Below, in pieces: positions 1-13,731 of a DNA stretch of 64,000 bases (position 1 is its first letter; each line of letters opens with the position of its first letter). Position numbers and translations under genes: made by a program. The DNA comes from Diplonema japonicum (Eukaryota; Protista; Euglenozoa: Diplonemea): assembly GCA_964019335.1 (NCBI GenBank), contig OZ025728.1, positions 124,001 to 188,000 of the forward strand, read 5' to 3'. A model generated the notes under the pieces. The model was given only the letters and a program-made list of their open reading frames with translations, was not told the origin of the DNA and ran no database searches.

Positions 1-1301
1 TCCAGAAGACCGCGAGGGAAGCCTCCGTTCATGGCACTGCTGCAAGGGAGGCAGTTGTGGAATGTAACGTAAAACGTGCATGGGAGGTTGCCAGAGTTCG
101 ACGGGCACGTCATTTTCATCGACATCCCACTACTCCCCTCTGCCATCATGTGTACTGTTGACCCTGCCAGCCAAGTCGGAATTTTTTCCCACCTCTGCCC
201 GCTTACATCGTCCTCCACAAATGAACCCACAACAGGCTTCACCACAGGGGGGTTCCCGCCGATGAGTTCAACAGTGGGATTCGCAGTAGGGACACTGAAG
301 ACGGCGAACTTTCTCTCGTTGTTGCTGAGGTAGAGCGTGCTGTCTTCCACGACAAGGGATTTGGGTTTGCCGACACTGGAACCGTCGTTAGCGCGGTGGG
401 CGAGGAGAGAAAACATGCCGGGTGCCTCCTGCAAAACCACAAGCCCGTTGTCAACACACGCGAGGTAAATCCTCGAATTATGAAGCTCAATGTCTCGACA
501 GCCCTCGGCAACGCTAGGAACGGTGATGACCTCCACCGCACCGGTCGAAATATCAATTTTTGCAGGCTTGTCGCCCATACCAGACACAAAGGTGGTGCTC
601 ATGTACAAAAAACCGTCCTTAACAGCAATCCTTACGGGGCCGGGTACATTGGGATTCGGAACAGACATCACAGGTCCTAAAACAGGCGTCGAAGGGCTGG
701 AAACATCGATGATTTGGAGCTCTGCGGATGTCTGGACAGCATACAGTTTACCGTCGTCATATACCATGTCTTTTGTTGATGAAAAGAAGCCTGGGATCTG
801 CGTGGTGCTTATTTTAGTGAGGGCGGCGTTCTTGCTGAAGATGACGAGGTAATTCTGTGCACTCTCGTAGCAGGTCACGAATAGATGGTCTGCAGATACA
901 GTAACACCTCGGAAAGCACCGCTTCGAATGCAGGAGGCGGAACGGAGTTCCACTTCCCTCAGCAATATCGGGGACTCGGGGTTCGTGGCAATGTTGTAAA
1001 CACCTACAGTTGTTGCAAATTGTGCGAACAGCAAGCCGTTCCCCACCTGTAGCCCGCTAGCATATTTACCCACATCAGCCAATGTGTTTGTCAAAGTTGG
1101 GGGTGATGTGTCCGTTCTGTAGATGTCTATGCTACCTCCGTCTTGTGCTGCATATAAGTAGTTCCCGTGTTTTACCATGTCGTGCGCGCCACCGTAGTTT
1201 GAGGGTGGTAACGAGTCAAAAATACCGGTCAGAACAAGCTCGTTCCCTCCTGCAAGCCCTGCAATTGCGCATAATAATAATAATGCTGTTTTCGCCGGCA
1301 T
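1..1301 (-). CDS. Secreted LVIVD-like beta-propeller protein with a Cys-rich C-terminal domain (3' end runs off the window)
   Basis: Manual translation from ATG at 1301, preceded by an A-run: signal peptide MPAKTALLLLCAIAGLAGG, then blades such as HGNYLYAA, DGKLYAV..LQIIDVSSPSTP and GCRDIELHNSRIYLACVDNGLVVLQE, paralogous to the 30-35 kb and 47-50 kb genes. The frame stays open to base 1 and ends ..CTFYVTFHNCLPCSSAMNGGFPRGLL. Absent from the ORF track because there is no stop in the window. Confidence 0.85.
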   Translation of the reverse strand, partial: MPAKTALLLLCAIAGLAGGNELVLTGIFDSLPPSNYGGAHDMVKHGNYLYAAQDGGSIDIYRTDTSPPTLTNTLADVGKYASGLQVGNGLLFAQFATTVGVYNIATNPESPILLREVELRSASCIRSGAFRGVTVSADHLFVTCYESAQNYLVIFSKNAALTKISTTQIPGFFSSTKDMVYDDGKLYAVQTSAELQIIDVSSPSTPVLGPVMSVPNPNVPGPVRIAVKDGFLYMSTTFVSGMGDKPAKIDISTGAVEVITVPSVAEGCRDIELHNSRIYLACVDNGLVVLQEAPGMFSLLAHRANDGSSVGKPKSLVVEDSTLYLSNNERKFAVFSVPTANPTVELIGGNPPVVKPVVGSFVEDDVSGQRWEKIPTWLAGSTVHMMAEGSSGMSMKMTCPSNSGNLPCTFYVTFHNCLPCSSAMNGGFPRGLL

Positions 1302-2107
1302 TTTTTTTTCCCCCCCTTCTTTTTTTTTTTTTTTTTTTTGAGCCTTCCGACTTGCTTAAGGATAAAAGAGAAACGATGAAAGAAGTACTAAAAAAAAGAA
1401 AATGGAAAGTGAGGGGGAGTTGTTGTTTGCGAACTTTTTTTTTTTTTTTCTTCCTACCGTAAAACGAAAAACTGTAATTTGTTCGCCAGAAAGACAAAAA
1501 AGAAAAAGACAAAAAAAAAAAATGCCTTTTGCCAGCGTACTTCTTTTTTTTTTCTTTTTTTTTTTCCCCTGTAAACTGGATCAGAAAGAAGAAAGCCTTC
1601 GTGTTCAGGAAAAAGGTGACGAAACTTTTTTTCGTTTCATAGTACTCAAGAAAAAGAAAATTAAAAAAGAAATAAATCTTTCGTTCAAATAAAAAATTAA
1701 AAAAAAAAAAAAAACCGCTTCTTGCCTCTTGTTACCCATTTTTCCTTTTATTTTTTTTTTGTGCTGCTAGAATCCATGGAAAAAAGGGGAAGAGAAAATG
1801 GGTATTATGATTGTTCAGAAAAGTTCTGCAATATATTCTTGGGCCAGAAAAAAAACATCTTTCGTTAAATTCTTTTTTTTTCTTTTTTAACAATGGTATT
1901 CGCCGAGACTAATATAAAAAAAAAAAATAAAAATAAAAACTAGTTTATTGGCAGCGTAAATGAATTTCTATTCGGCAACTTAACGCTCGTGCACACAAAT
2001 AAATGCAGCGCCAAACTAGAATTTTTTTTTTTTTTCGTGACATATTGTTTCTATTAAAAAATGAATGGGCCCCGACTCGAAATATTCTATATATAAGGGA
2101 GAAAAAA

Positions 2108-3990
2108 CTCAAAGTACAGGACAAGCCCCCCGCTAGAGGGCCGCCCTATGGGAGGGGGGGGTCTATCTGTTAATACTCCCCTTCTGGAGCATTGCTTTCA
2201 TTCCGATTGAGGCCGTGAGCGTCTTGCGGAGTCGTGTGATGCGGTCCCGCTTGTAGTCGGCTTTCAATTCCATTAGCTTGTCGTGCGTGGAGCGGGCGGC
2301 GAAAATAGGCCTCCTGGAGAAACCAATAGCTGCCTTTCCTCCAATGGCGATGAGGGACTTCACTCTTTTTCTCTCGTCCGCTGGGAAGGGGCGTCGCTTC
2401 TTCCGTGCCCTGCATGCTGTGTTTATCTTTACGATGAGAGCTTTGATTCTGCGCGCCCTATCTTCCAGCAGGCCTCCCAAAGACTTTCCGGTCGTCCATT
2501 CGAAGTCAATGGCCAGTTCCACCGCCGACACCTCCGAGGTGGTGTCCTTCTCCACCCAGCGCAGTTGTGACAACCATTGTAGCAGCGGGTTCAGGTACTG
2601 GGACAGGACCCCGCTCACTCCTTCGAGCTCGCCAGCTATCGGAACGGGGCATTTCTTACCTACCACATTTCGAATCCACGGTAGCGGCTGTGTGTTGACA
2701 TCCTCCTTCTGCATGAGCTCTACGTCTCGTTTCTCAACCACCACGGCTATCGTTGCAGCTTCTCTAGGTACGCAAAGTCATGTCCTCTCGGCAGAATCGC
2801 GTGCAATTCCAGACACAGGGGCCATCCTGTCCTGTTGCGCAGTGGTTCCAAGCCGTCCTGTGCTAGCTCTTCCTGTGCGCAGGCGCACTCGTAGAGTTGG
2901 TGGCGGAGTAGGGTTACCGTGTCCGGGTACGGTGATTCACACAGGTCGCACCTGAACCCTTGTGTGCGTGATACTGTCGTTGTACTTGGCTTACGCTCTC
3001 TTCGACTTCTTCGGTGCCGTCACCTTCTGGTGCCAGGGGGACGCTTCTTTGATTCGTTCCTGCATGCGGGCTAAGGTAGGGGACCCCTCCGGTGATAACC
3101 CGTCTCAGGCAGTAGGACATGAGCGGGTCTTTGGCTGTTTTCCATAGTTGGTTGGTTTTGGGATCCGCTCCCGCCTCCATCCCTCTCACTGTGTTCCTCT
3201 CGTTCGCCAGCGACCTGCTCCGGGCTTTCCTCACCGCGTCCCTAAAGACGTGTCCGCGTTCGGCCCAGGGTTTGTTCCCACAGTCTAGCAATTGCGCCCA
3301 GCTCCATCCTATATAGGGGAGCCACCGACAGACCAGGTTGCCTACTGGTCCCATCGGGGTGGACCCCGTGCCGTACCCCGCAGCGATCCGCATGCATCTC
3401 TGTCGTAGTCGTTCGTCGTCGAGCGCTCCGGACACCACCTTCAGGGAGTGGTTTATCACATAGGAGAGGGGATCGTTAGTGTGCCCCTTCAAGAGGACTG
3501 TGTTCACTGCGGTAGGAGAGCGTCCACGGTGGTGAGGGCCCCATAGGTTGCATGTTACCCTTGTCGACAATTTCTTGAGCGTCTCGTCACATGGGGGGGA
3601 GAACGGTCCGCTGTAGAGGCATGACGGAAGAATCGTCGTGCTGACCATGTGTGCTTTCGTCTCGAAGGCTAACCTCGTGCAACCCAGCCGGTCTAGCGAG
3701 TCAAGCGCATTCGCGGTCGATTTGTTCCATTTCGTCCCTGTCCTGCGCGTGTTGATTTTCACGCCAAGCCCTTTGAGGTCCGACACCGTCTTGTATGGTA
3801 CAGGTACTTCCGAGCCTTTCTTCATCGCCGTTCGGTCTCCCACGACTCTCGACTTGAACCCTCCGCGGTGCCAAAGCCCACCGTCTTTTCCTCGTTGACC
3901 TGCATCCCCGTCAGGTCGCAAAACTCTAGAGTCCCTTCGACCGCTGCCTGCAGTGAGTCCCGCAGCTTCGCTAACAGATAGGCGTCGTCG
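2108..3990 (-). mobile_element. 5'-truncated, internally deleted non-LTR retrotransposon (LINE) relic, family 1
   Basis: ORF 2914-4023 has late RT/thumb-like motifs (DLKGLGV, KAHMVSTTILPSCLYS, RSPTAV..LLKGHTNDP). ORF 2163-2744 has an LRW...VSAVELAIDFEWTTG C-terminal domain shared with the relic at 37.8-38.1 kb. Its 3' end (GTCCTGTACTTTGAG on minus) recurs at ~4007, 9284, 35391 and 43514. Confidence 0.7.
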
Positions 3991-4356
3991 GCAAAAAAAA
4001 AAAAGTCTCAAAGTACAGAACAAACCCCCCGCGCTTTTCTGCTCGTCAGCTGTAGGGATAATGGCTTACCGTTCGTCGCAGCTGTGACAGCCATTGATGC
4101 AGCGGGCTCAGGTGATGGGACACGACCCCATCCACTCCTTCAGGAAAAAAAAAAGGAGAACAAAGGTGCGGCACCCCATTCCTAAGAGTTTCAACGTTTA
4201 TACTTCTGAAGACGCATGTAGTACCTTAAAGAATTATAGGCTCACCGCTTTTGACTTGTTTAAGAAGAATAAAAAAAAAAAATAAAACAAAAGAAAGCTC
4301 TGAAATACACGATGTAGCACTAAAATGAAAAAAAAAATCGTGCGATATATAAGAAG

Positions 4357-4394
<38 letters not shown>

Positions 4395-5130
4395 CAGAAC
4401 AAGCCTTCCTGCGGTAATCCCTTGTTAGCGGAAACCTTTAGAGACATGAAAGGCAATTTGCCCATAAACAAAAGGGGGGGGGGGGGGGGGTGAGAAGCAA
4501 TATGAAGAAGTAAAAAGAACAAAAAAAACAAATTAGAACCAAATCTGTAAAAAAAAAGGGGGGGGGCGAAATATGGAACACACAAAAATCCTGCCATGAC
4601 AGGGGGGAGGGGGTGTTATTACTATTTTCCCCCATCTTTTTTTTAAATTCTTTTTTCACAGTGTTTTTCTTTTTTCCAGGATCTGCTGTTTTTCAAAAGC
4701 GGGGGGACGGTTTTTTTTTTTCTCCGCTTCTGGTGCTACGATCTATCTAATCTCCGCCCTCTCGTGCAAAAAAAAGTTTTTTTTTTTTTTTTTTTTTTTT
4801 TCCTAGCCCTGTCTGTGGATTAACGGCTTTTGACTGCGAACGGGGGCGGACCCCCCCCTGGAAAAAGCACTGAAACGCTATTTTCTTTTTCATGGCACTG
4901 GATTTCTCTCCCCCCCCCCCCCCCCCCCACCACCCACACCACCAACAATATTATTTCTTTTTAAATTATGCACTTGCTTTCTTTATCAAAATTGTAGTTT
5001 ATCAAAAAAGAGTCGGTTGATTGTTGTTTGTGCACAGCCGGGGTTAGCCTGTAGAAGGATAAGCCCATCAATGCTACCACTACTCTTCTTAGCACCAACA
5101 ATTCATTATCATGTTGTTTTTTTTGTTCTT

Positions 5131-5165
<35 letters not shown>

Positions 5166-5432
5166 ATTGCGGTTGCACCCTGGTCGGGGTTCGCCTTTCA
5201 GCCATGGATGGCATTTTTTTTTTTTTTTTTCCCCGACAAGAACATCGGTAGCAAAAACACATGGGAGTGTGCTCTGGTCGTTTCTGTCAGAAAAGCAAAC
5301 CCGCAAACGGGTCACAGGCTCTACTGTCCCAGGGTACCACCCCAAGCCTCGTAGCCAGGGTTACTACACTTTCTTCAACTGCATTCTCAGTGTTCTCCGC
5401 GTGCAACAAACATCTCTTCCGATTCGGGCAAG

Positions 5433-5485
<53 letters not shown>

Positions 5486-5994
5486 AGAAATCAGCGAGCC
5501 TTTAACTCAGGCGTGACCCCTTTTTTTGCATTGGGGAAATAACGCTGCAAGAAGGAAAAAAAAAAAAAAAAAAGCTAAATCTCTTTTTTTTTTCTTGATT
5601 TTCTTTTTTGTCCCGGGGGGCAAAAATCAAAGTGTCCCCGAAAAATAAAGAGAAAAAACCTAGGGGTGGGGGGAGAACATTTCATCTTAACTCGAAGGGA
5701 AAGGAAAGGATGGGGGGGGGAGGGGGGTTCAAAGAACAGAGGAAAGAGAACAATATATTGTGACAAAAACCATTCGATAAACTGAGTTCCAGGTCACGCA
5801 AAAACAAGATTTTTCAAGAGATGAGAACAATAGGAGGTTCCACTACTCAAAGAACACAGATCAAAAACAGCCGGCTCAAAAAGTGTACCGTAAAAGTACA
5901 TGGGGTGGGGTGGGAGGGCGTCTGTTAGATAGGCGCAGCTAAAAAAAAAGTTGTCTCGATTTTAGTGGTGCCATGCAGTATGTGACACAAGAAA

Positions 5995-6025
<31 letters not shown>

Positions 6026-6146
6026 GATTTTTTTTACTGCCCGAACAAGTACTCTGAAATTACTTCTTAAGCTGACCTGGAAAAAAAAAAAAAAAAAAAA
6101 AAAAAGCTGAGGCCCTGAGCGCGTGAAGTAATTTTCAGAAAGAATG

Positions 6147-6185
<39 letters not shown>

Positions 6186-6188
<3 letters not shown>

Positions 6189-6773
6189 AAAACCAACGCA
6201 CACGGTAAACCAATTTTACACCGTCGCCTTACTTTTTTTCCACCGTCCACGGTAACCTCCGACATTTCTATGCCATTGGGGTTTCTGAAATGATTTTAAG
6301 TTAGAATAGAGAAGCGAAAAAAATAGATAAAAAGGGGTGGAAAAGAAATAAATATGCCTTATTGGGGTTTGATACGAAATGTAGCAAGGGGGGCAAAACA
6401 TGATGTCATCGCAAAAAGAAAAAGACCTTTTAAGAGAAATGGGTGACTACCCTGAAGGCTGGGACTTCAACTGGGACAGCACTTCGAGGGTGATTGTGGC
6501 TGTGGCGCAGCAGTTGAGTAATGAGGGTTCTGCACTTATTTTTCCCTTCTGTCTCACTTCGCTTCCAATTCTTGGTGTCTTTCCGAGCCCTGGCTGTGCC
6601 TGCACGTTTTCCCCAAGTGCACACAGTTCATTTCCTCTTACTTACATGGTTTAGTGGAAATAAAAATAGGTTATTTGAGTGGAAAAAAAGTTGTAGGTTA
6701 CCGTAAACAGTGGTGGAAATTCTGCTTACAGACTTAAAAGTTATTTGGTTACCGTAGGTGTGCGTTGTTTTCT

Positions 6774-6774
<1 letters not shown>
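6186..6774. mobile_element. MITE-like element with imperfect terminal inverted repeats
   Basis: Left GGAAAACCAACGCACACGGTAAACCAAT versus reverse complement of the right end GAGAAAACAACGCACACCTACGGTAACCAAAT; flanked by A-runs; TIR resembles that of 39951-40400. Confidence 0.5.
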
Positions 6775-6819
<45 letters not shown>

Positions 6820-7179
6820 ATAATGTTATGACAAATCATTGATAATAAACGGGTTCCGTCCTGGGGGCGTACAATGCCACACGGCCCTCTGTACAGTCGT
6901 CACTGTCGGCTCCAAAAGTGCACCATAAAGTACATATTGCAAGCCTTTAGCTGTAACGTGACAACCTCTCAGACAATTAGCGTGCTTTTTTTTCTTTTTT
7001 TTTTTTCTTCCTGGCATCATGTCACCCGCCGACTGAGCCCATAATTTAACGAGTTGAAATTATGACTCCATGCATTAAAAAAAAAAAAAAAAAAAAAGGC
7101 GATGTTTAAGGGCAAATCCCTCTCGAGGACCACCCTGAAACAAAAAAAAAAAAATTATTATTCCCCTCTCCCCCCTCTC

Positions 7180-7215
<36 letters not shown>

Positions 7216-7299
7216 CCCCCACCCCATAGAATATATAGAATTTGCTTAACAAAGATAGCTTTTGAGAAGATGAAGGTGTGTAGGTAGGCATCTCTGTCA

Positions 7300-7653
7300 T
7301 TAAGCACCAGGTTCCTTGGTTATTTCAAGCAGCAGCGATTGTGGTTCCTCAGGTTGGTTCGCCTGGGGGGACTCAGGAGGTGCTATATCTAAAGAAAATG
7401 AAAACTCATCTAAGTTCTCTATTTCCTCTATTTCTACAGATATTGGGCTCGTAACGAATGTCAGCCTAGAAGGCTTTGTGGTACTTTGCTGGCTCAGCAA
7501 GCTTAGCTTTCTCCGCCGTAGCTCAGTGGGGCTTGCCACCAGTGGGTGGTTCAGCCCGTGTGCATCGGACAGGGCACCCTCTATCACCACTGCTCTCCTG
7601 CACCTCACCCTTTCCCCTTGAGGCCTCATTGAGGGAGGACACTCTGGAAGCAT
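7300..7653 (-). CDS. Hypothetical 117-aa protein
   Basis: Homopolymer-free island with ATG after an A/G-rich leader (MLPECPPSMRP...KEPGA*); same strand as neighbours; no recognisable domain. Confidence 0.4.
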   Translation of the reverse strand: MLPECPPSMRPQGERVRCRRAVVIEGALSDAHGLNHPLVASPTELRRRKLSLLSQQSTTKPSRLTFVTSPISVEIEEIENLDEFSFSLDIAPPESPQANQPEEPQSLLLEITKEPGA

Positions 7654-8914
7654 TTTCTTCCCTTTTTCTCTTCCCTCCCCACCTTTTTTTTTTTTTTTTT
7701 TTTTAAATAGTGTAAGAAAGAGAGGGGAAAAAAGAAAAAAAAAAAAGAGGGAGAAGTAGAGCACGAAGACGATAAGGAATGGAAGAAAAAAAAATAAAAA
7801 ATAAAAAGAGATGAGAAAAGAGGAATAAAAAAGGGGGGGGGGGAGGGGGGATCAATGGAAATAGATCGTGTCCTCCCCCCGGGAGGAAAAAAAAAAAGAA
7901 AAAAAAAGGAGAGAGGGAGCAGAGAAACTATGTGCGACCATCCAGGGCCTACCTACTTTTGAGACTGCATTCCCAGTGGTTCATGAGGCCCCCTAACAAA
8001 AAAGAAGGTTAAAATATACGGCAAAGCTCTCAGAGAAAAACAGTGAAAAAAAAGGGGGGGGGAAAGAAAAGTTTTTTTTGGTACCTTGTCTATCTTCTGC
8101 TATGAGAATAATAATAAAAAATATTTTTGCTAAATGTGCACCCACCTATTACTTTTTTTTTTTTTAATTTCTTTTTTTTTCATTTCTATCTTCTAAATAC
8201 AGGATTACCGGTTCATAACACATTAGGTTAACGGGCAATACAACTATATATATATGTTGTCCTTTTTTTTTTATTTCTTCTTTTTTCTTTTTTTTTTAAA
8301 AAAAAAAACAATGAAAGGTACAGGCCCTGATACAATTGTAAAGAAAAAAAGTGCCCAGACTTCGTTTTTACAGTAATTAAAAAAAATTCGGCTGATTGGT
8401 GGTGCAAGCCGGGGGGGGGGGAGTGCAAAATAAGTGGATTGGAAGGAGAGAATATCGTTGGAAAAAAAAAAAAAAAGGATGGTGACACCCCCTGTGAATA
8501 AACAGCGAATCAATATATACGGACCCTTATATTTTTCTTTTTGTATTTTTTTCTTTCTTTTTCATTATTTTCTTTCGCCATTGAAAACAATGTCTAGGAA
8601 AGCTCCCAGTAGTCTATTTATCTATTTAGCGCGTTTTGTTTTACAGTTGTAAAAAAAAAAAAAAAAAAAAAAAGGAGGGGGGGAAATCTTTTGAGTAGAA
8701 AAACCTGCATACATTTAACTCGGGAAAAAAAAACAAAAAAAACTAAAAACACTGCAGATACATGGTTCTCCCTTTTGTTTTTTCCCCCTTTTCTTTTTGA
8801 GTGATTTTGAGTCCTCCTTTCCCCCCCTCATTTTTTCTTTTTCTTTTTTTTTTTACCCGAGAAAGTGAAATGAAATGCAAAGTATGCCCCCGTCGCCTTT
8901 TGCGTGTGACTCTC

Positions 8915-8959
<45 letters not shown>

Positions 8960-9030
8960 AGAAATCTCAAAAGGGTAACTTTAAAGGGTTCTGGAAAAAA
9001 CAAAAATCTTTTTTTGAGAAAAGGTTTTAG

Positions 9031-9062
<32 letters not shown>

Positions 9063-9394
9063 GAGTTATGTACTTAAAAGCTGCCCTGTTTTAAGGTTTT
9101 CTCTCTTTTTTTTTAAAAAAAAGAAGGCTTCTTTCTATTGGCATACAGGAAAAGGTGAGGTGATCTGAGAAAAGATCATAAAAAAAAAAGTTTTTTTATA
9201 AAATATAAACTCATTGCAAAACCCTGTTCCCCCCCCCCCCACGTCCCAGCGAAGCAAAATAATCAAAAAAAAAAAAAAAAAAACTCAAAGTAGTGAGGAC
9301 AGGAAGGCAAGAATGTCTTTTTTCACTCCCACAGGTTGTCACCTTTGGGCGGATTTTTCCTAAGAAAGAAAGAACTTCTCGTTATTTTTTCGCT

Positions 9395-9434
<40 letters not shown>

Positions 9435-9571
9435 AAGGCCCGTCCAGTTCCTCTTTCTTACACGTGTCGTTCATCGCATACTTGAGGTTTGTTTTGATTT
9501 TCTTTTTAGAAAACAAAATGGGGGCTTTGGTTGCTACATTATTTGGCGTCAGGTGCGCGGCGTATAAAAAA

Positions 9572-10104
9572 TAGCTATTTATTAAATGAAAATCAGATAT
9601 GCCTGATTTCACGCGTGGGGACCCCACAAGTGAAATCAGGCTCTGATTTTTATTCAATACTGCATTTTATTTAATGATGAGCTGCTCTCGAAAAGAATTT
9701 AGGTGCTAAGTGTGGCTTCGCTGCTGTCTGCTTGTAGCGGCGCAATGCGCGAGTCTTTCCTGAACACGGTACTGGGTTTGGTATGATCAATTCGGCGAAT
9801 TGATGTTGACGTTATGTCAAACGTGATTCTGCACTCCTGTGCACTGAAGAAGAAGTGGGCTGTGTCGAAGGGGGCAGGGCTGAAGGGGGCGTGGGTTTGA
9901 TCGAATGGTAGGTGCAAAACCTCTCCCCCTTCCATCACAGCTTTGGCCTCTTTCTCGAGGCTGATGCCCTTGGCTCGCTTCCCGGTCGCCTTCGGTTTTC
10001 TTCCCATTTTGCTAGAAATGACTGTGGGTGTGAAATAAAGTGAAACCTGATTTTATATCTTCCGGCCTAAATTCTTTGAGAGAGCTGCTCAGAATTAAAT
10101 AAAA
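9572..10104 (-). mobile_element. Helentron/Helitron2-like non-autonomous element, copy 1
   Basis: ~38-bp inverted repeats at ~9666-9703 and ~10066-10104 enclose a short ORF (MGRKPKATGKRAKG...). A ~70-bp hairpin at ~9584-9653 lies outside one repeat. Copies at 21016 and 42162. Confidence 0.5.
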
Positions 10105-10179
10105 AAAATATTAAAAAAATCGCTGGTGACCCCCCCCCCCCTTTTTTTGCCTCAAAAAAACCTAGAATGGTGAATTTAT

Positions 10180-10217
10180 AGACTTTACCAGTGACCTTGA
10201 GGTCAATGGTAAAGTCT
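10180..10217. repeat. 18-bp palindrome with one mismatch and a 2-nt loop
   Basis: AGACTTTACCAGTGACCT-TG-AGGTCAATGGTAAAGTCT. Confidence 0.8.
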
Positions 10218-10882
10218 GGTTTCTCTGAAACTCTACACCACTAGGGGGCAAATGAGGTGACAAGGGGGCCGTATTTCTTTTTTTAACTATATTGAAAAGT
10301 TAACGGCCGCGCCAAAAGAAATTTGGCCTACCGAGACGGAAACCCCTATTACTTCACGGGAAAAAAAATGGCTAAATTGTCACAGTGAAGTAATGAGCCC
10401 CCGAGAGCATGAAGTCATTTCAGAAGAGTGAAATAATAATTAAAAAAAAAAAAAACAAGGTATTTGTCATTGAAAAAAAAGCATGCAAAAAATTCGTTTT
10501 TTTTCACCCCCCCCTAATGTAACTCCAGCCAGATTTTTCAAGTGTGGGAGTGAAAATAAAATCTTTCACTTTTATTTTTCACGGTAGGTTTTTTTCACGC
10601 TTGTTTTATAAGAAAAAAAAAAAACAGGTGCAGGAATGAAAAAAAATTATATCTAATGCGTGGATATAGAGTACTTTATTCACTCTAGCCCTATTTCCAC
10701 AGTACAACAAGGGTTCTTTGCAACATGGGGCCCCCACACTTTCAAATCTGGCTGTCGTGAAATAAAACAACGGATTTAGTGAAAAAGAGATCCTATTTTT
10801 CACTTGTGGTGGCATGTTTAACTCGTGTTTTTTTCCCACTAAATAAATAGTTATTCTTTTCAAAAAAAAAAAAAAAAAAAAA

Positions 10883-11198
10883 ATGGGGCTTTAATTGCAA
10901 CACTAGGTGGCGTTAAGCATGAAACGAAGCACGAAATACCTACTTGCTCCTCGGCCGAGCAGTAGCTTCTTCTGCGTTCCGCGTCGTGTCCTTAATGCGT
11001 GCGGTGTGCTCAACCCTAGCCGGGGCGCCCCGAGTAACCAAGATTCTGCGCTCGTGCAGTTTGCTGCCTGTTCGTCACCCTGAGCATCTGCTTTACGTTC
11101 GTCCACTCGGGCGCTACCGGTGATGACCGACGAGGAGGTCAACAGCGAACAACACATCTGATGTACTTCTTATATGTACATGTTATCCCCACCACCTT
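10883..11198 (-). repeat. SINE-like dispersed repeat with ~250-bp core, copy 1
   Basis: Core GTAGCTTCTTCTGCGTTCCGCGTCGTGTCC...GTTATCCCCACCACC is also at 38.7 kb and 47.3 kb, with the same right boundary. Confidence 0.8.
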
Positions 11199-12875
11199 GA
11201 AAAAAAAAAAAAAAAGAGAGAGAGAAAGAAAGAGAAAAAAAATAGTGATGTGATGACAGGAAGGATTTAGCATCCCCCTTTTTTCTTCTTTACGAACCCC
11301 CCCCCCCCCCCCCCCACGAAAGGGCACGGTTAGGTGGGCAGGGCGGGCTTGTTCGTAGTAGTGTTAGCAGCACTACCTTGACCTTTTTTTTTTTCCCCCT
11401 TCTTTTTTCTTCTTCTTCTTTGAACGGGAATCTTTGTGGTTATTTAACCTTTTAATGTTTTTTTCCAAAAAAAAAAAAAAAAAAAAAAAAGGTCAGTGTT
11501 TTACAATTATAAAATAGGATGGGTGACAAGTTTTCAGTTTTTTTTTTTGAGATAAGAGATAAAAAGAAAAAAAAGAAAAAAAAACAAGTTATTCCTTGTA
11601 TCCCCCCCCCCCCAGTAGTTGTTTTTACCTTAACAAAGAGAATTACCGTAAAACACACCCAGTCTCGATAACTTTCTTCGATAAACTGCAACAAACAAGG
11701 TTCCTTTCGATAAAAAAAAAAAGAAAAAAAAAAAAAGAGGAAGGTAAACATAAATACAGATCCTGAACTCCAACACAAAGGAATGTGCCCAAAAGCCACA
11801 AAAAAAACTTTTTTGTGCTTCCTTCAGAATCAGAGACCTTTGTACCCTTGAGTCATCTAACCCCCGGTTCATTTTCCCCTTACCACAGGACCAGGATCAG
11901 AAAAAAAGGGGGGGGGGTGAAGGAAGTTTTATCAACCTTGGAAAAGGAATGACCAGTAGGGGGGGGGAAAAAAAAGGAAAAAAAAATTGAAAAAAAGGGG
12001 GAGGGTGTAAATTATGCTTGTTAGTCAGAATGAGAATAAAACGAGAAATGGTTTATTCTTCTTTTTTTTTTTTTTTTTTTTTGTTTTAACAATATTATTG
12101 TCGAGACTAAAAACTAGTTGATGGCAGCGTAATGAGCTATTTTATTAGGTAAAATTCCGCTCGTGCGCACAAACAAAGAAAATGTCAAGGGACGTTTTTT
12201 AAAAAAAAGAAAAGGAAAACCCCCATTGGCGTTTCTTAGCTTTAAATTAAAGAAACAAAAAAAAAAAAAAAAAAAAAATATATAAAATAAAAAAAAAATA
12301 TATAAGAGATTAAGAAATCTTTGCAAGAGGCTAAATATCTCCCGGAGACCGATAGCAGTACAGTGATGGAAAGATGCAAAGAATTTTTGAGAAGAGAGTT
12401 AAGGGAGGGGAATTCAAAATATGGGCTGTCCGAAAGTTACAAGTTCCTCTCAGGACTCCCTCCCCCTACATACCATCGTGGGAGCCCCCCCAGACAAGGC
12501 AGGAAAGGTGGAGGATAGATCAAAAAAAAAAAAAAAAGAAAAAAATCATTTTCTTCTTGAGAAAAAAAACGAACACGGGACCAAATTACCTTTTTTCCGA
12601 CCTTTCCGAGGCCTTTCTGCCAGTCTGATAGGTTCTTTGAAGTACACATTTGAGTGAAAAAAGTTATTTTAGGTCACCCGTATGTTGTTTTTTCTCTTTT
12701 TTTCTTTTGTGCCACGGGTCTATTAGAGGAGTGATTGCCCGGGTCCAAAAAAAAAAAAAAAAAAGAAAAAGAAAAGAAAATATATATATTCACAATACGA
12801 GAGCGGGAACGGGGAAAAAAAATAACTTTCAAAAAAAAAAAAAAAAAAGAACAAGAGGAGGTATGGAGTAGAAGA

Positions 12876-12912
<37 letters not shown>

Positions 12913-13731
12913 TTGGCTGATTGTTGTTTGTGCACCTACAAGTAGAGATATAACGGAGCTGCCTCTACTTTTTTCTTTTTTTTTTTCTTTTTTTTTTTTC
13001 CATTGCCTACAATCAGGTGGTTTCTGTTCATTATAAATGGGGGGGGGGAAGGGGAAAAAATTTCGTTCTTCTTTTCTTTTGATAATTACAATACCACAAG
13101 GGCGCCGATCAGGGGCGAATCCCACCTGAGGCCCCCCTCCCCCCCCCCCCCCCCCCCCCCCTCAACAAAAAGCACCTTTACAAAAAAAAATTGAAATAAC
13201 TGCCGCACCTTTTTTCTTTTTCTCTTTCCCCTCCCCCTTATTCTTTTTCTTTTTTTCTGTAAAAAAATGTCTATTTTCCTTCCCTCCGCTTCTCAAAAAG
13301 ACCTTTTTTTTTTTTTTTTTTTTTAGAAAGAGGGAGAACCTGGCCGTTGTTGCACGTAGCAGGAGGAGGAGGAAGGAATTACCCGGAAAACAACGTGACT
13401 CAGGGTTTTCCCCCTTTTTCCCCCCTCCCTCTTTGCAGACAAATTTAAAAAAAAAAAAAAAAAAAAAAGAAAGAAATAGAAAAGAAGAATACTGTGAAGA
13501 ACTGGAAAGGGAAAACAACTCCCCCTTTTTCTTTTCTTTTTCCTTTTTTCTTCTTCTTTTCTCTCTCTTTTTTTTTTTTTACAACATATATTCAACACCC
13601 TTGCCAGAACCGGGAAAAAAAAAAAAAAAAAAAAAAAAAGAGGGAACAAACAAAATAGCAGATTTAATCTTTTTCTACCCCCCACCCATCCCATTTCCCC
13701 CCCCCCCCCCCTTCTTTTTAAAAAAAAACTT

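Noticed and set aside
4008-4026. Spliced-leader-like TCTGTACTTT on minus in the LINE end, and TGTACTTTATG in repeats at ~6920, 42080 and 46710
   Set aside because: Only ~10-nt matches to euglenozoan SL 3' ends; no full SL exon, donor or Sm site found.
4094-13730. Many 60-160-aa ORFs rich in K, F, P and G
   Set aside because: Artefacts of stop-free homopolymer runs; no domain signal.
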